IMG/VR virus record: IMGVR_UViG_3300026484_000002
Coordinates: 27,282 to 91,281 of that record
Length of the DNA: 64,000 nucleotides
Reading direction: 5' to 3' (one strand)
Source: a virus
The translations under genes were made by a program, and so were the position numbers. Below, piece by piece: positions 40,167 to 49,571 of the stretch. The first letter of the stretch is position 1. Each line of letters opens with the position of its first letter. The notes under the pieces were generated by a model. It saw only the letters and a program-made list of their open reading frames with translations. It was not told the origin of the DNA and did not search any database.

Positions 40167-42788
40167 TTATTTTTGATTGGTTCTAGTTATTTGAGCTATT
40201 TCATTCTCACTAACTGGATCCAGTAACATTGTATTTAGATTTCTAGTTTCTTCAACAGCATCAGCTCCTAAATCACTAAAAAATAAAAATGCTTTATGTA
40301 GCATTATATTTCTATTTCCTGTTCCTGCTTGAGTAAGAAAATGTTTTATAAATCCATTTCTTCTTTTTTGATATTCATCGTTATCTTCTAAATAACTATT
40401 TTCAATACTATTAAGTAGTGGTAATACAAGTTCTGCTTTTTCAGTTTCAGGAATTAATGCTGATACATCAAATAATTCTGCTTCATTTTTATATACTTCT
40501 GCTTCTGGATTAGTGAACCACATTCTTGATACATTTGTTGTAGCTTTATCATATATTTTTAATCCTAATACATCTGCTACGTTATCATGTAGTTTTTTAT
40601 ATTTAACTGGATCCACATAATATTTATTCTTTGTAGGAATTAATATTCTAAATCTATCACCTTGGATTTCTCCATGTTTTTCTTTTCTATGTGATTTAGT
40701 TGTATAGATTAGATATGTATATTCCTTTAGCATATCAAATGCTTCTTTAAGAGTGGTTCCATCATCCACATCAAAAGCAATCATATTATTACCCATAATA
40801 TAATATTCTTTTCCTCTATGCCCAGCTCCATTAACTGTTACACATTTCATTGTTGCTTTTGATTCTTCAAACCAAGAACAAGTAAATGATTTAATACTAT
40901 TTGATGTTATTAAAGCTTCTGCTGATTTTGATTCTCCAAAGAATGGTATTTCCAAAGGAGCATATGCAATACTTTCCATAGCTTCTTTTTTTCTACATTC
41001 ATAATCATGTACATCAATTGAGCAGATGATCTTATCTAAAGTATTCTTTTCTGGTTCTTTAATTTCCAAATAAATTGCATTTCCTTCAATTATTTTTGGT
41101 AAAAAACCTTTATGATATGTATATTCTCTAAATAAATCAACAATTTCCATTCGTTTTGTTTTTGCATCTGGAATTTCTATATAATTACCAATTTCCATTA
41201 ATGACATTTTTTTGTTTGATAACTTTAATAAATTATAAATAGATATATCTGTTCTTAATGGAGATAATGTTTCTTTAATAGTCTCTCTTGTCTTCGTGAA
41301 GAGCTTAAAAGCTTCAATTAGATGATTACCATTAACTTCATTTGATAAGTCCATAAAGGCTATTAAATGAGCTACGTTTTCAATCAAATCAACAGATCCA
41401 ACATCAACCATTTTATGTTGATTTTCAAGATTATTATTTGCATCTTCAATAATTGTATCTTTTATCTCTTCTAGAGTTTCTAAATAATTATCTGATATTT
41501 CCATGTTGTAATCTTCATATCCTTCTTGTTTAACAAGATATGTTTGTTTTATTTCATTTCCATATTCTATTGCCTCCTCTAATGCTTTTGTTTTTTCTTC
41601 ATAACTTCTCATGTTTCGTTCAATTTTTGCAATTGGAACTTCTACAACAATTGAACGCCTTAACATTCCTGAAGATAATAATCTAATTAATTTCTTTTTA
41701 GAATCTAAATCAAAACCAACATTGGATCCAAATAACAATACATTAGTAGATACACTTTCTACATTAAACATACTTTCTGATTTAATGATTTTAGAATTGA
41801 CTTTTCCATCATATAGCTGTTTTAACATATTTAATAAACTAGTTGATTGAGCTACCTCATCTCCTATTTCATTTGATATTAAATTAACTGAACCAAATTG
41901 AGCTAAAGATATAGCATTAGCTAATGAATATAGCCCTTCTTTTGTTCCAGAGGCATCTACTATTACATTTTGTGGAACATAGCGTAGAAGTACTTCTTTT
42001 AACTCATCAGATATAGATTCATCATTTACAAGATTATTTCTAAGATTTGTTTTGATTGTTTCTACATAACCTTTTTTAAATCCAGGAGTATCAGTACCAA
42101 ATACTTTTGCTGCTAAATCATAAGAGAAATCTTTTCCACAATTTCCAGTAATAAATACAAAATTGTCATGTCTTGCTAACCAGAACCCAGTCTTGGTCGT
42201 AAAACAATATTTTGTATTATTAGGTAATTGTTCATAAACAATTTGATCTTTTGAAGCTATGGTACTATTTGAAGAACCATCTTCTTTTAATGATGGAATA
42301 TAAATATTATTAAATTTTGAAACTTCTTTTGCTGTTTTTGCTTTTGAAGATTTTATATCATTTTTATTTTCTAAATATAAAACTGTGTGATCTTCTGTTA
42401 TATGCATTGAAACATTACTATTTGTGTTTGGTACATATTTTATAGCTGGTTTATCATCAAATTCTTTGATATATCTTATTGGTTCTCTGAATGTTGCTGT
42501 ATGGGTATCTTTTTCTATTTCTAATACTTTATCTCCATATTTAAAATCAGATATTTTTTTCCATCCATTTTCTGTCATAAATTCAGTATCACCAGATACA
42601 CAAGCACTTCCCGCTAATGTTAATCCATAAAATGTAATATTTTTTCCATTATATTTTTTTGCTTTTCCATTGATAGCATTAATTAATACAGCAGCGTGAA
42701 ATAAGATAGCATTTGAATATATCAATCTATCTGTTTTTCTATCACCTTGCTTTTCTAATCTATCAAGGATGTATTTATATCCTCCCAT
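40167..42788 (-). CDS. primase/helicase (N4 gp43-like) with intein
   Basis: N-terminal P-loop AGSA|CGKD; AEP motifs FDVDDG, YTTKSH, DRFRILIP; 719 aa after splicing. Confidence 0.85.
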   Translation of the reverse strand: MGGYKYILDRLEKQGDRKTDRLIYSNAILFHAAVLINAINGKAKKYNGKNITFYGLTLAGSACVSGDTEFMTENGWKKISDFKYGDKVLEIEKDTHTATFREPIRYIKEFDDKPAIKYVPNTNSNVSMHITEDHTVLYLENKNDIKSSKAKTAKEVSKFNNIYIPSLKEDGSSNSTIASKDQIVYEQLPNNTKYCFTTKTGFWLARHDNFVFITGNCGKDFSYDLAAKVFGTDTPGFKKGYVETIKTNLRNNLVNDESISDELKEVLLRYVPQNVIVDASGTKEGLYSLANAISLAQFGSVNLISNEIGDEVAQSTSLLNMLKQLYDGKVNSKIIKSESMFNVESVSTNVLLFGSNVGFDLDSKKKLIRLLSSGMLRRSIVVEVPIAKIERNMRSYEEKTKALEEAIEYGNEIKQTYLVKQEGYEDYNMEISDNYLETLEEIKDTIIEDANNNLENQHKMVDVGSVDLIENVAHLIAFMDLSNEVNGNHLIEAFKLFTKTRETIKETLSPLRTDISIYNLLKLSNKKMSLMEIGNYIEIPDAKTKRMEIVDLFREYTYHKGFLPKIIEGNAIYLEIKEPEKNTLDKIICSIDVHDYECRKKEAMESIAYAPLEIPFFGESKSAEALITSNSIKSFTCSWFEESKATMKCVTVNGAGHRGKEYYIMGNNMIAFDVDDGTTLKEAFDMLKEYTYLIYTTKSHRKEKHGEIQGDRFRILIPTKNKYYVDPVKYKKLHDNVADVLGLKIYDKATTNVSRMWFTNPEAEVYKNEAELFDVSALIPETEKAELVLPLLNSIENSYLEDNDEYQKRRNGFIKHFLTQAGTGNRNIMLHKAFLFFSDLGADAVEETRNLNTMLLDPVSENEIAQITRTNQK
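42141..42602 (-). mobile_element. mini-intein (154 aa, no endonuclease)
   Basis: Starts CVSGDTEFMT, block B ITEDH, block F YCFTT, ends ITGN followed by Cys+1. Confidence 0.92.
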
Positions 42789-42821
42789 TTATTTATCCTT
42801 TATGTTTTATATGTGTAACTA

Positions 42822-42944
42822 CTAATCATCTACACATATAATTGTGATTGTTGGTTCTCCGTCAATTGGAAAAGTAGTTACAGTTCTACAATCTGCCATT
42901 GCTAGTCCAGTTAGAACCAATAATCCTATTAATATCTTTTTCAT
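42822..42944 (-). CDS. small secreted two-Cys peptide (40 aa, not in ORF track)
   Basis: MKKILIGLLVLTGLAMA|DCRTVTTFPIDGEPTITIICVDD; AAGGA SD. Confidence 0.7.
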   Translation of the reverse strand: MKKILIGLLVLTGLAMADCRTVTTFPIDGEPTITIICVDD

Positions 42945-42992
42945 TCTTTATCCTTTTTATTTATATGTTTACATATTTTTTTTGTTTCTGCG

Positions 42993-43078
42993 TGTTTCCA
43001 TGGAAACAAAAATACTATTTTAAAATTAAATTAAATTTCATTATTCGATCGAATATTCAATCGAATAAAGTCGAATAA
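42993..43078. repeat. palindromes and TCGAATA repeats
   Basis: TGTTTCCATGGAAACA (42993-43008), TATTCGATCGAATA (43042-43055), TCGAATA at 43049, 43061, 43071. Confidence 0.7.
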
Positions 43079-43092
43079 TGAATTATTTTTAT

Positions 43093-43545
43093 TTATTTTT
43101 TTGGTTTTTTAATTATTTTTTCACTATTTTTAGATCCGACTTTCATATAATCTGTATGACTAAAATCATAATTAAATATATGTTCAGCAAATTTAATTAT
43201 TTCATCATTGTATTTTTCATTTTCAAACATATATCTCCATGTTTGTTGAACCAAATATTGATTATTTTTAATTAAACTATCATTTCTTGGCATGAATATA
43301 TATGGATTTAACATTATTTTTTTATTGAATTCTCCAATAACATCACTATCTAATAATTTCTTTTTGAAATTACTTCGTGATACTTTATTCATGTCACTTG
43401 TTAATACTCTAAAAGGTTTAGTTAATATATTGGCTGTATTAACTGTTTCTGAATCATACATATCTATTATTCTTGTTATTTCACTTTTACTTAATGATTC
43501 TAATAATCCTAATACTCCTTTGTTATACATACCCATGTTTTCCAT
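43093..43545 (-). CDS. RepL-like winged-helix DNA-binding protein
   Basis: KKKLLDSDVI..IMLNPYIF pattern resembles RepL-type proteins. Confidence 0.45.
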   Translation of the reverse strand: MENMGMYNKGVLGLLESLSKSEITRIIDMYDSETVNTANILTKPFRVLTSDMNKVSRSNFKKKLLDSDVIGEFNKKIMLNPYIFMPRNDSLIKNNQYLVQQTWRYMFENEKYNDEIIKFAEHIFNYDFSHTDYMKVGSKNSEKIIKKPKK

Positions 43546-43556
43546 CCTTTTTATGT

Positions 43557-44318
43557 TTATATATCTCTATTTACATCATCTATAAATTTAGTCAATTGCT
43601 CTTTTAAAATAGACAACCCTTCTAAATCTTTATTATTCTTTAATGCTTTTAACATGCTTACATGCTCTTTTAAATCTGATCTTATTACTGCTCTTGGTTC
43701 AGGACTGTCTTCTAGTGATTTTATGTATTTTAGAATATGACTTATATTGTCCACATATCTTCCGTTAGGTAATTTGCAAACTCCATTTGTTGATAATTCA
43801 TCTAAAATATCAGAGCCAAGTTTTTTTACTATTTTAACAACTCCTGATATATTACCTGTTGATACTCCAAACTTTGTTGCTGCTTCTTTTTGAGTTTTAT
43901 TGTTTTTTATCATATATTCATATGCATCTATTGCTAATTGTGATTTAGTTCTATTTTTTCTATTTTCTGTACTTCTCACTATATCCTCCACATCTGATTT
44001 TGTTAAATTATTTCTTAATTCTAAAAATTTTATCTGGCTTATGCCAATTTGTTTTAATGCTTTTAAACGATGTCTTCCATCTACTAATTTTCCTCTCCAA
44101 AATAAAGCTGGTATAGTTTGTCCTATCTCTGCTATATTATTAACTAACTTTTCATATTCTGCATCTGTCATTTTATGGTTTATTGAAGCTAAGTCGTGTA
44201 TAATTACATTGTTAACATCTTTTAACTTTACATTTGTATCTTTAAGATTCAAATTTCCTACAAATCCTTGAGCTTGCATCTCTTGGATTGTTTCAAAATT
44301 TTCTTGTGTAATTTCCAT
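43557..44318 (-). CDS. ParB/Srx-like N-terminal domain protein with HTH
   Basis: LVDGRHRLKAL; TQKEAATKFGVS HTH; start moved to ATG 44318 because the promoter overlaps the longer ORF start. Confidence 0.8.
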   Translation of the reverse strand: MEITQENFETIQEMQAQGFVGNLNLKDTNVKLKDVNNVIIHDLASINHKMTDAEYEKLVNNIAEIGQTIPALFWRGKLVDGRHRLKALKQIGISQIKFLELRNNLTKSDVEDIVRSTENRKNRTKSQLAIDAYEYMIKNNKTQKEAATKFGVSTGNISGVVKIVKKLGSDILDELSTNGVCKLPNGRYVDNISHILKYIKSLEDSPEPRAVIRSDLKEHVSMLKALKNNKDLEGLSILKEQLTKFIDDVNRDI

Positions 44319-44375
44319 TACGAACACCTTTTTTATTAAATTTATTATAAAGCTATAAAACTTCATAACTGCGAT

Positions 44376-44404
44376 ATTATAACATTTCATTGAAGCAAAG
44401 TCAA
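44376..44404 (-). promoter_or_regulatory. consensus sigma70 promoter
   Basis: TTGACT-17 bp-TATAAT with extended TG. Confidence 0.8.
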
Positions 44405-44968
44405 GAGTAAAAGATTAAAAAGAGCTTTTTCCCTCTTAAACTCCTTATTTTAGGGCTTTATAATGGGTGAAGAGCACATTTTGGCTTCACCAGTGAAACT
44501 CAAAAGCTCTTCAAAAATATATCTAAAATTTCACTTATTATATAGATGAAATTCCTAGTGAAACTACATAAGAGCAAAATCCCAATCAGAACTAACTTTA
44601 TATCAATAAATACATATAGATCCACCCTCAACAATCATCCATCCCCATTGTTTTGACGACAGCGTAGCTGGAGTCAAAATACAAAAGTTATCTTCAAACA
44701 ATCAACCAAGATAGAGGCAGTTGCTAAACTAAATGTTTTGTGAGCTTGCTCACGGAACATTTACTCTATCGATCCAATCTATATGCACAATTTAATAGAT
44801 CCAATCAATATAAATCATTTGTTCTTTGGATCTTTTTTTTATTCTTTGCAGATAGCTTTAGTAGAGACTACTGTCTATCAGTCGAGATACTTTGCCAAAA
44901 ATCCTTCGGATGTTTTGTCTGTGTATCTCTCCTTCTGACAACGTCTCTATGAGGATGAGTGTTTGGAT
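44405..44968. other. non-coding hairpin-rich region (candidate origin or structured RNA)
   Basis: Stems at ~44468-44512, 44651-44679, 44740-44753, 44901-44911; several RGATCY-type sites. Confidence 0.45.
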
Positions 44969-45187
44969 CTACTTTTCAATAGTAATCTTTTCAGCTCTAA
45001 ATAGTTGAGTAGCTTTTCTAACAAAATTTAAGTCTTTAGAATTTGGATGTAATGTCTTCATTATATGGCTGAGCTTGTTCTTATCTATATATTTACTCTT
45101 GTTATTTCCGTTTGAGCTCTCAGTGGCTTTATATAGCTTCTCATTATCTATATCTGTTGGTTCTAGGTCTATTTCTAATTGATACAT
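44969..45187 (-). CDS. hypothetical protein
   Basis: 72-aa ORF. Confidence 0.5.
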   Translation of the reverse strand: MYQLEIDLEPTDIDNEKLYKATESSNGNNKSKYIDKNKLSHIMKTLHPNSKDLNFVRKATQLFRAEKITIEK

Positions 45188-45202
45188 TCTAATCTTTCCT
45201 GG

Positions 45203-45895
45203 TTATGTGAAATCTTTTACTTTTATTTTTGTAATTATTCTATTATCTTGTCTATCTTTTAAATCAAATAATGGTTTTCCAATAAAACCTTCAATTATAA
45301 AATTTCCAAATGTTGATTTTGGTTTTGTTTTTACTAAAGCTATTGCTTCTTCCATAGAGCCGACAAAAAATAATTCTGGATATTCAAGATTTAAATTTTG
45401 TGCTATTTTTTGTACATCTTCTAATTTTAAAAATAAATTATCAATTTTTATATCAAATAATTTAAAATGTTGTTTTCCAAATAAATTACCATTTTTTTGT
45501 ATTTTTTCTCCAACACCTTCTCCATAAAGAATAACATTTTTATTAAAAGTTTCTTTAATTAAATTATAATTTGTTTCAAACCAATTTTCTATCCACATTA
45601 TTAAATCTTTTGGTATGTCTGATCTGTTGGTTCTTCCTTTTATAGTCATTTCAATATTATCATCTTTTATATTTAAGTATATTCTAATATTTGTTCCATC
45701 AAGTTTTTCTACCCAATACCAATCATTTTTAAATAAATATTCAAATTCTTTTTTACTAAATTCATCTTCTTTAAATGAATTCCATTTTTTATTTTTTGGT
45801 TTCATTTCTTCAGTATGTAAATCTTCTCTCCATCTTTTATATGGTGCATTTATTTTATGGTATTCTGTTTGTTTATAATATTCTTCTATATTCAT
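45203..45895 (-). CDS. ATP-dependent RNA ligase (Rnl2-like adenylation domain)
   Basis: EKLDGTN, YGE, FKLFDI, EGFIG, KIK nucleotidyltransferase motifs. Confidence 0.85.
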   Translation of the reverse strand: MNIEEYYKQTEYHKINAPYKRWREDLHTEEMKPKNKKWNSFKEDEFSKKEFEYLFKNDWYWVEKLDGTNIRIYLNIKDDNIEMTIKGRTNRSDIPKDLIMWIENWFETNYNLIKETFNKNVILYGEGVGEKIQKNGNLFGKQHFKLFDIKIDNLFLKLEDVQKIAQNLNLEYPELFFVGSMEEAIALVKTKPKSTFGNFIIEGFIGKPLFDLKDRQDNRIITKIKVKDFT

Positions 45896-45898
45896 TAT

Positions 45899-46105
45899 TT
45901 ATCCTTTTTTTTCTGATAGTTTCTTCATATTTTCAACAATATCTTCTATATCTTTTTTTATTTTTTCATATATTGTTGTTGTTGGTTCATTTATGAGTGC
46001 TAATATTTGTTCTCTAGCCATCATTCTTGTTTTAATGTCAAGTGATTCATTGTTTGACATTTCATTTAATTGTACTATGGTTTTCATTTTTGTTTCTAAA
46101 TCCAT
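45899..46105 (-). CDS. hypothetical protein
   Basis: 68 aa, AAGGA SD. Confidence 0.55.
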   Translation of the reverse strand: MDLETKMKTIVQLNEMSNNESLDIKTRMMAREQILALINEPTTTIYEKIKKDIEDIVENMKKLSEKKG

Positions 46106-46280
46106 TTATATATCCTTTGGTTTATAAATGTCTAATTTTCCTGAATCAATTAACTTTTGAAACTTTTTTCTTGATTTACTTCCAATATCCCTAACACCTG
46201 TATGCCATTCTCCAAAATAATGAAGTCTGTATAATGTTCTTTTTTTAAAACTATGTCTTCTCATCTATTAATCCTTTTTT

Positions 46281-46478
46281 TTATTTTTCAATAGCGTCAT
46301 CTACCCCACTATTCTCAGAAACAATATCTCCTTGAATAGAAGAGTCGTCAAGAAGAATATTTTTATCGCGTTTGAACATTTTCTCGGCTTTTTCCATCGC
46401 TTCTTGCTCACTAAAAGACACAACTTCGTATCGAACACTTGTCAACATCGTGGCAAACACTTCAAATTTTTTATTCAT
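46281..46478 (-). CDS. hypothetical protein
   Basis: 65 aa, AAGGA SD. Confidence 0.55.
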   Translation of the reverse strand: MNKKFEVFATMLTSVRYEVVSFSEQEAMEKAEKMFKRDKNILLDDSSIQGDIVSENSGVDDAIEK

Positions 46479-46486
46479 AACTTTCC

Positions 46487-46873
46487 TTATCTTATTACTT
46501 TTTTTAAAACACCGATAGCTACAGCGCTCAGGGTCATTGCTACCTTTCTGACTTGATTACTTTTGTGCTTCCCAGTACATACCCATTGCACAAAATGCTC
46601 ACAGTTATTTGTTACCACATTATACTTATCCTCCCCAAGTCTTAAAGTTGCCCTTCTTACAGTTTCATTTTTTGAAAATCTTGAAGCAACTTTTATTTTT
46701 TCAGCAACTCGCCCGTCTTTAAAATCCACTAGAGAGATTCTTTCTATTTTTCCGTTTCCTACTAACCCAGAATAATGAATCACACTATTATTACCAGTGT
46801 AGATCCCATAATGTGTAAATAAGGCATACTTTACTCTTAAAATATCGCCTTTTTTAAAACTATCTGTTTTCAT
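46487..46873 (-). CDS. LRAT-like permuted NlpC/P60 protein
   Basis: HYGIYTG..VIH and YNVVTNNCEHF catalytic motifs; hydrophobic C-terminus. Confidence 0.88.
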   Translation of the reverse strand: MKTDSFKKGDILRVKYALFTHYGIYTGNNSVIHYSGLVGNGKIERISLVDFKDGRVAEKIKVASRFSKNETVRRATLRLGEDKYNVVTNNCEHFVQWVCTGKHKSNQVRKVAMTLSAVAIGVLKKVIR

Positions 46874-46899
46874 TTGCTATTCTCCTTTCTAATTTGATT

Positions 46900-47091
46900 T
46901 TACACAACTTCTATTATTTCTAAAAAACCAAAGCGGGATTCTATGTCGTGCCAATGTTGTTCTCTCAATAATTCAATTCCGACTTCAGTAAATCTTGTTG
47001 CAAGGTTTACTGATCTACATGTTTCTAATTTCATTTTTTGTAGATTTATGAAATCTCCGTCAAATGTTCTCACTATGTAAAACCTATCCAT
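46900..47091 (-). CDS. hypothetical protein
   Basis: 63 aa, coupled to thyX. Confidence 0.5.
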   Translation of the reverse strand: MDRFYIVRTFDGDFINLQKMKLETCRSVNLATRFTEVGIELLREQHWHDIESRFGFLEIIEVV

Positions 47092-47968
47092 TACTTTCCC
47101 CTTTTATTATAAGTTCAAGATACTTTTTAGGTGTTGCTTTTTTTATAGCAATTGCAACTTCTCTCATTAAAAAATATGCAGCTCCAGAATCTCTCAATTC
47201 TAAAAAGTTTTTTAGTGATCTGAGATTTATTGTCCACACTACATCAACTGCCCAATTATCCGTTACAATCCATTTTAAATTATCTCCAGCATTCCTTTTT
47301 GCCTTTGACATTAATAGTCCATCGTATATCAATTCTGGCGTCTTTCTCTCAAGAACGCCATTTGTGAAAGCATCCTTAGATATAACCATTTTTACAAACG
47401 TTGTTGTTTCAAGATGAACTCTTTGCCAATCAAGCTTCTCAAACAGATTGCGAATCTCTATATCTTCAGCATACCCTTTAACAACAAATACATTTAGCTC
47501 TTTTATTTTTTCTGTGAACCATATCAACGAATCTTGCTTCTGAGTATTGTTAGAAAATGATGCTATGTATGCGTAGATAACCAAGTTCATTGTGTATCTA
47601 GTTGATTGCACAGTTGGTGAAGCTATCCTATGCCGTGAAAATTCCTGTAGACATCCTCGACTCATTCCTTTTATTGTATATTGTAAAATACAGTGCTCCA
47701 GCACAGAATGATGAAAATATGTCCACGCTAAATTATCAAGCAGACTCGAGTGCTCAATATCTTTTAGTTTATCTATCGATGTCCTTACATATTCTGAGTT
47801 AAACATTTCACTATTAAGTGCAAGGTTTAAATTTTGCACGGCATCATTTTCACTTTTATCAAAACTACTGTATGCCGTTCTTGCTCCAAATTCCGCAACA
47901 CCCAACCCCGTGTCATTCAAAAGATACGCTTTTGGCTTCGCGTATTTCACGCCTCCTTTAATCAACAT
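47084..47968 (-). CDS. thyX: flavin-dependent thymidylate synthase (canonical motif)
   Basis: HSVLEH, SRGCLQEFSRHRIASPTVQSTRY, INLRSLKNFLELR. Confidence 0.92.
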   Translation of the reverse strand: MLIKGGVKYAKPKAYLLNDTGLGVAEFGARTAYSSFDKSENDAVQNLNLALNSEMFNSEYVRTSIDKLKDIEHSSLLDNLAWTYFHHSVLEHCILQYTIKGMSRGCLQEFSRHRIASPTVQSTRYTMNLVIYAYIASFSNNTQKQDSLIWFTEKIKELNVFVVKGYAEDIEIRNLFEKLDWQRVHLETTTFVKMVISKDAFTNGVLERKTPELIYDGLLMSKAKRNAGDNLKWIVTDNWAVDVVWTINLRSLKNFLELRDSGAAYFLMREVAIAIKKATPKKYLELIIKGESNG

Positions 47969-48275
47969 TTGAAGTCTCCATTACATCATATGCGCTTTCA
48001 ACATTAAACATTAGTTCTAGCATGACTTTGTCTTTTTCAACAGGAATTTTAACTACGGTAAAGCCACCTGTTGACAGTATCATACTCTCGCTTTCTAAAA
48101 TCTCAAACATTAATATTTTCGCTTGTTTGCGCAGCTCTTCTACAGTAGGAACATAGCCACTTTTCCATTTCCAATCTAAAAACACCATCGTCTTATGAAC
48201 CTTTTCAAAGTTAAACATATCTAGCACTTCAGATACTACTCTTTCTTTATTTTTTTCAACTGTTTCTTTTAACAT
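47958..48275 (-). CDS. conserved phage hypothetical protein
   Basis: FNFEKVHKTMVFLDWKW..STGGF pattern. Confidence 0.6.
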   Translation of the reverse strand: MLKETVEKNKERVVSEVLDMFNFEKVHKTMVFLDWKWKSGYVPTVEELRKQAKILMFEILESESMILSTGGFTVVKIPVEKDKVMLELMFNVESAYDVMETSNVD

Positions 48276-48289
48276 CTGTTTTCCTTTTT

Positions 48290-49021
48290 TTATTTATCTT
48301 TTGGCCAAAAATCAAATGAGTCACTCAATAACCAATCTTTTATATGTTCACCTGCATCAAACTCATCTTCTTCAGCAATAATATCTAACATAACAGCATT
48401 TTGCCCTTCTATATAACGAGTTATTACTGCATCCCTACCTCTCCATTTTACTCTTAATCCAACTATTTCTTTCTCGTAGTCTATTTCAAAGTATGTCCAT
48501 GGATATCTCGGATCGTTAAGCTTATGAATTATAGCCTGAGCTTCTATCAGAGAATATGCCATGTCTCTCCCACCTACGGTGTCAAACAATACTCCATTTC
48601 TATAAATTTGAGTAGTTGCTGATGTTTGAAAACCATGCTTATCTCGATAAACAACATTGAAGCATTTAACTCCCCATACAGACCAGTTACTTTTATCGAA
48701 CTCTTTAAGATTATCTATAGTAGGTTTTTCATCTCTTGGGCATATATACACTTTAGGCTTATCTTCTGTGTGTAACATATATGCTTGGTATTTTATATAA
48801 TAATCTTGAAAAATTAATTCAGATTCATTTTGCTCATATGGCATCTCTTTTGCACCAACATTTGTGATGTCGACTTCTATATAACTATTGCTCTGAAGTT
48901 GCACATCCCAGTTTAATTTTGACATTTTCGGAATGTCTGTTTCTTTTAATTTGTAATACACGATTCTCTCCTTAATCTTCAATTGAGTCAAACACATAAA
49001 CTTCATTCCATTTATGACCAC
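48290..49021 (-). CDS. hypothetical protein (start uncertain)
   Basis: 243-aa ORF; likely internal start. Confidence 0.5.
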   Translation of the reverse strand: MVINGMKFMCLTQLKIKERIVYYKLKETDIPKMSKLNWDVQLQSNSYIEVDITNVGAKEMPYEQNESELIFQDYYIKYQAYMLHTEDKPKVYICPRDEKPTIDNLKEFDKSNWSVWGVKCFNVVYRDKHGFQTSATTQIYRNGVLFDTVGGRDMAYSLIEAQAIIHKLNDPRYPWTYFEIDYEKEIVGLRVKWRGRDAVITRYIEGQNAVMLDIIAEEDEFDAGEHIKDWLLSDSFDFWPKDK

Positions 49022-49388
49022 AGCTGTTACAAGTTTTTAACTGCCACGCTTCTTCTTTTGAGCTTTCAAAGCAGTTTCCTTTTATGTTATAGCTAGCACA
49101 GTTGGAACATTTATCTCTAGGCGAGTCTAAACCATAGCTACACATCTCCAACTTATGTTCTGGATGAAAATCCTCCATTACAAGCCTCGCAGACCAATAA
49201 AAAGCTTGCAGCTCAATAGATGGCTTCTCTTTTTCCAAAAGATATTTTATGAATTTTTTAGCATTATCTACTGTTTCTATATAAAATTCATCATCTTTTT
49301 TTCTAAAAGTATTCTCATCTTGACAGAATAATATCCACTCTTTTAAAATATCCTGTTTAGCTCTCTCCGTTAAAAACATTGGCTTCAT
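48972..49388 (-). CDS. Zn-ribbon protein
   Basis: CSNC...CNSCGHKW. Confidence 0.55.
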   Translation of the reverse strand: MKPMFLTERAKQDILKEWILFCQDENTFRKKDDEFYIETVDNAKKFIKYLLEKEKPSIELQAFYWSARLVMEDFHPEHKLEMCSYGLDSPRDKCSNCASYNIKGNCFESSKEEAWQLKTCNSCGHKWNEVYVFDSIED

Positions 49389-49571
49389 TCTTACTCCTTC
49401 TTTTTTGCGTTTATCGCCCTAAATATTTTCTACTGTCTATCAGATTTTCTATCGGTGACATTCTCATAAGAGTATCTGCTTTTGCAAACAAAGATTCTGA
49501 TGGTCCTTTTTCTCTAAACTCTTTTTCTATTTTTGCCAATCCATATAGATAATTTGACAATTTTACTTTAA

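Noticed and set aside
44740-44952. 70-aa + strand ORF in the hairpin region
   Set aside because: GTG start without SD, opposite to local transcription, overlaps stem-loops
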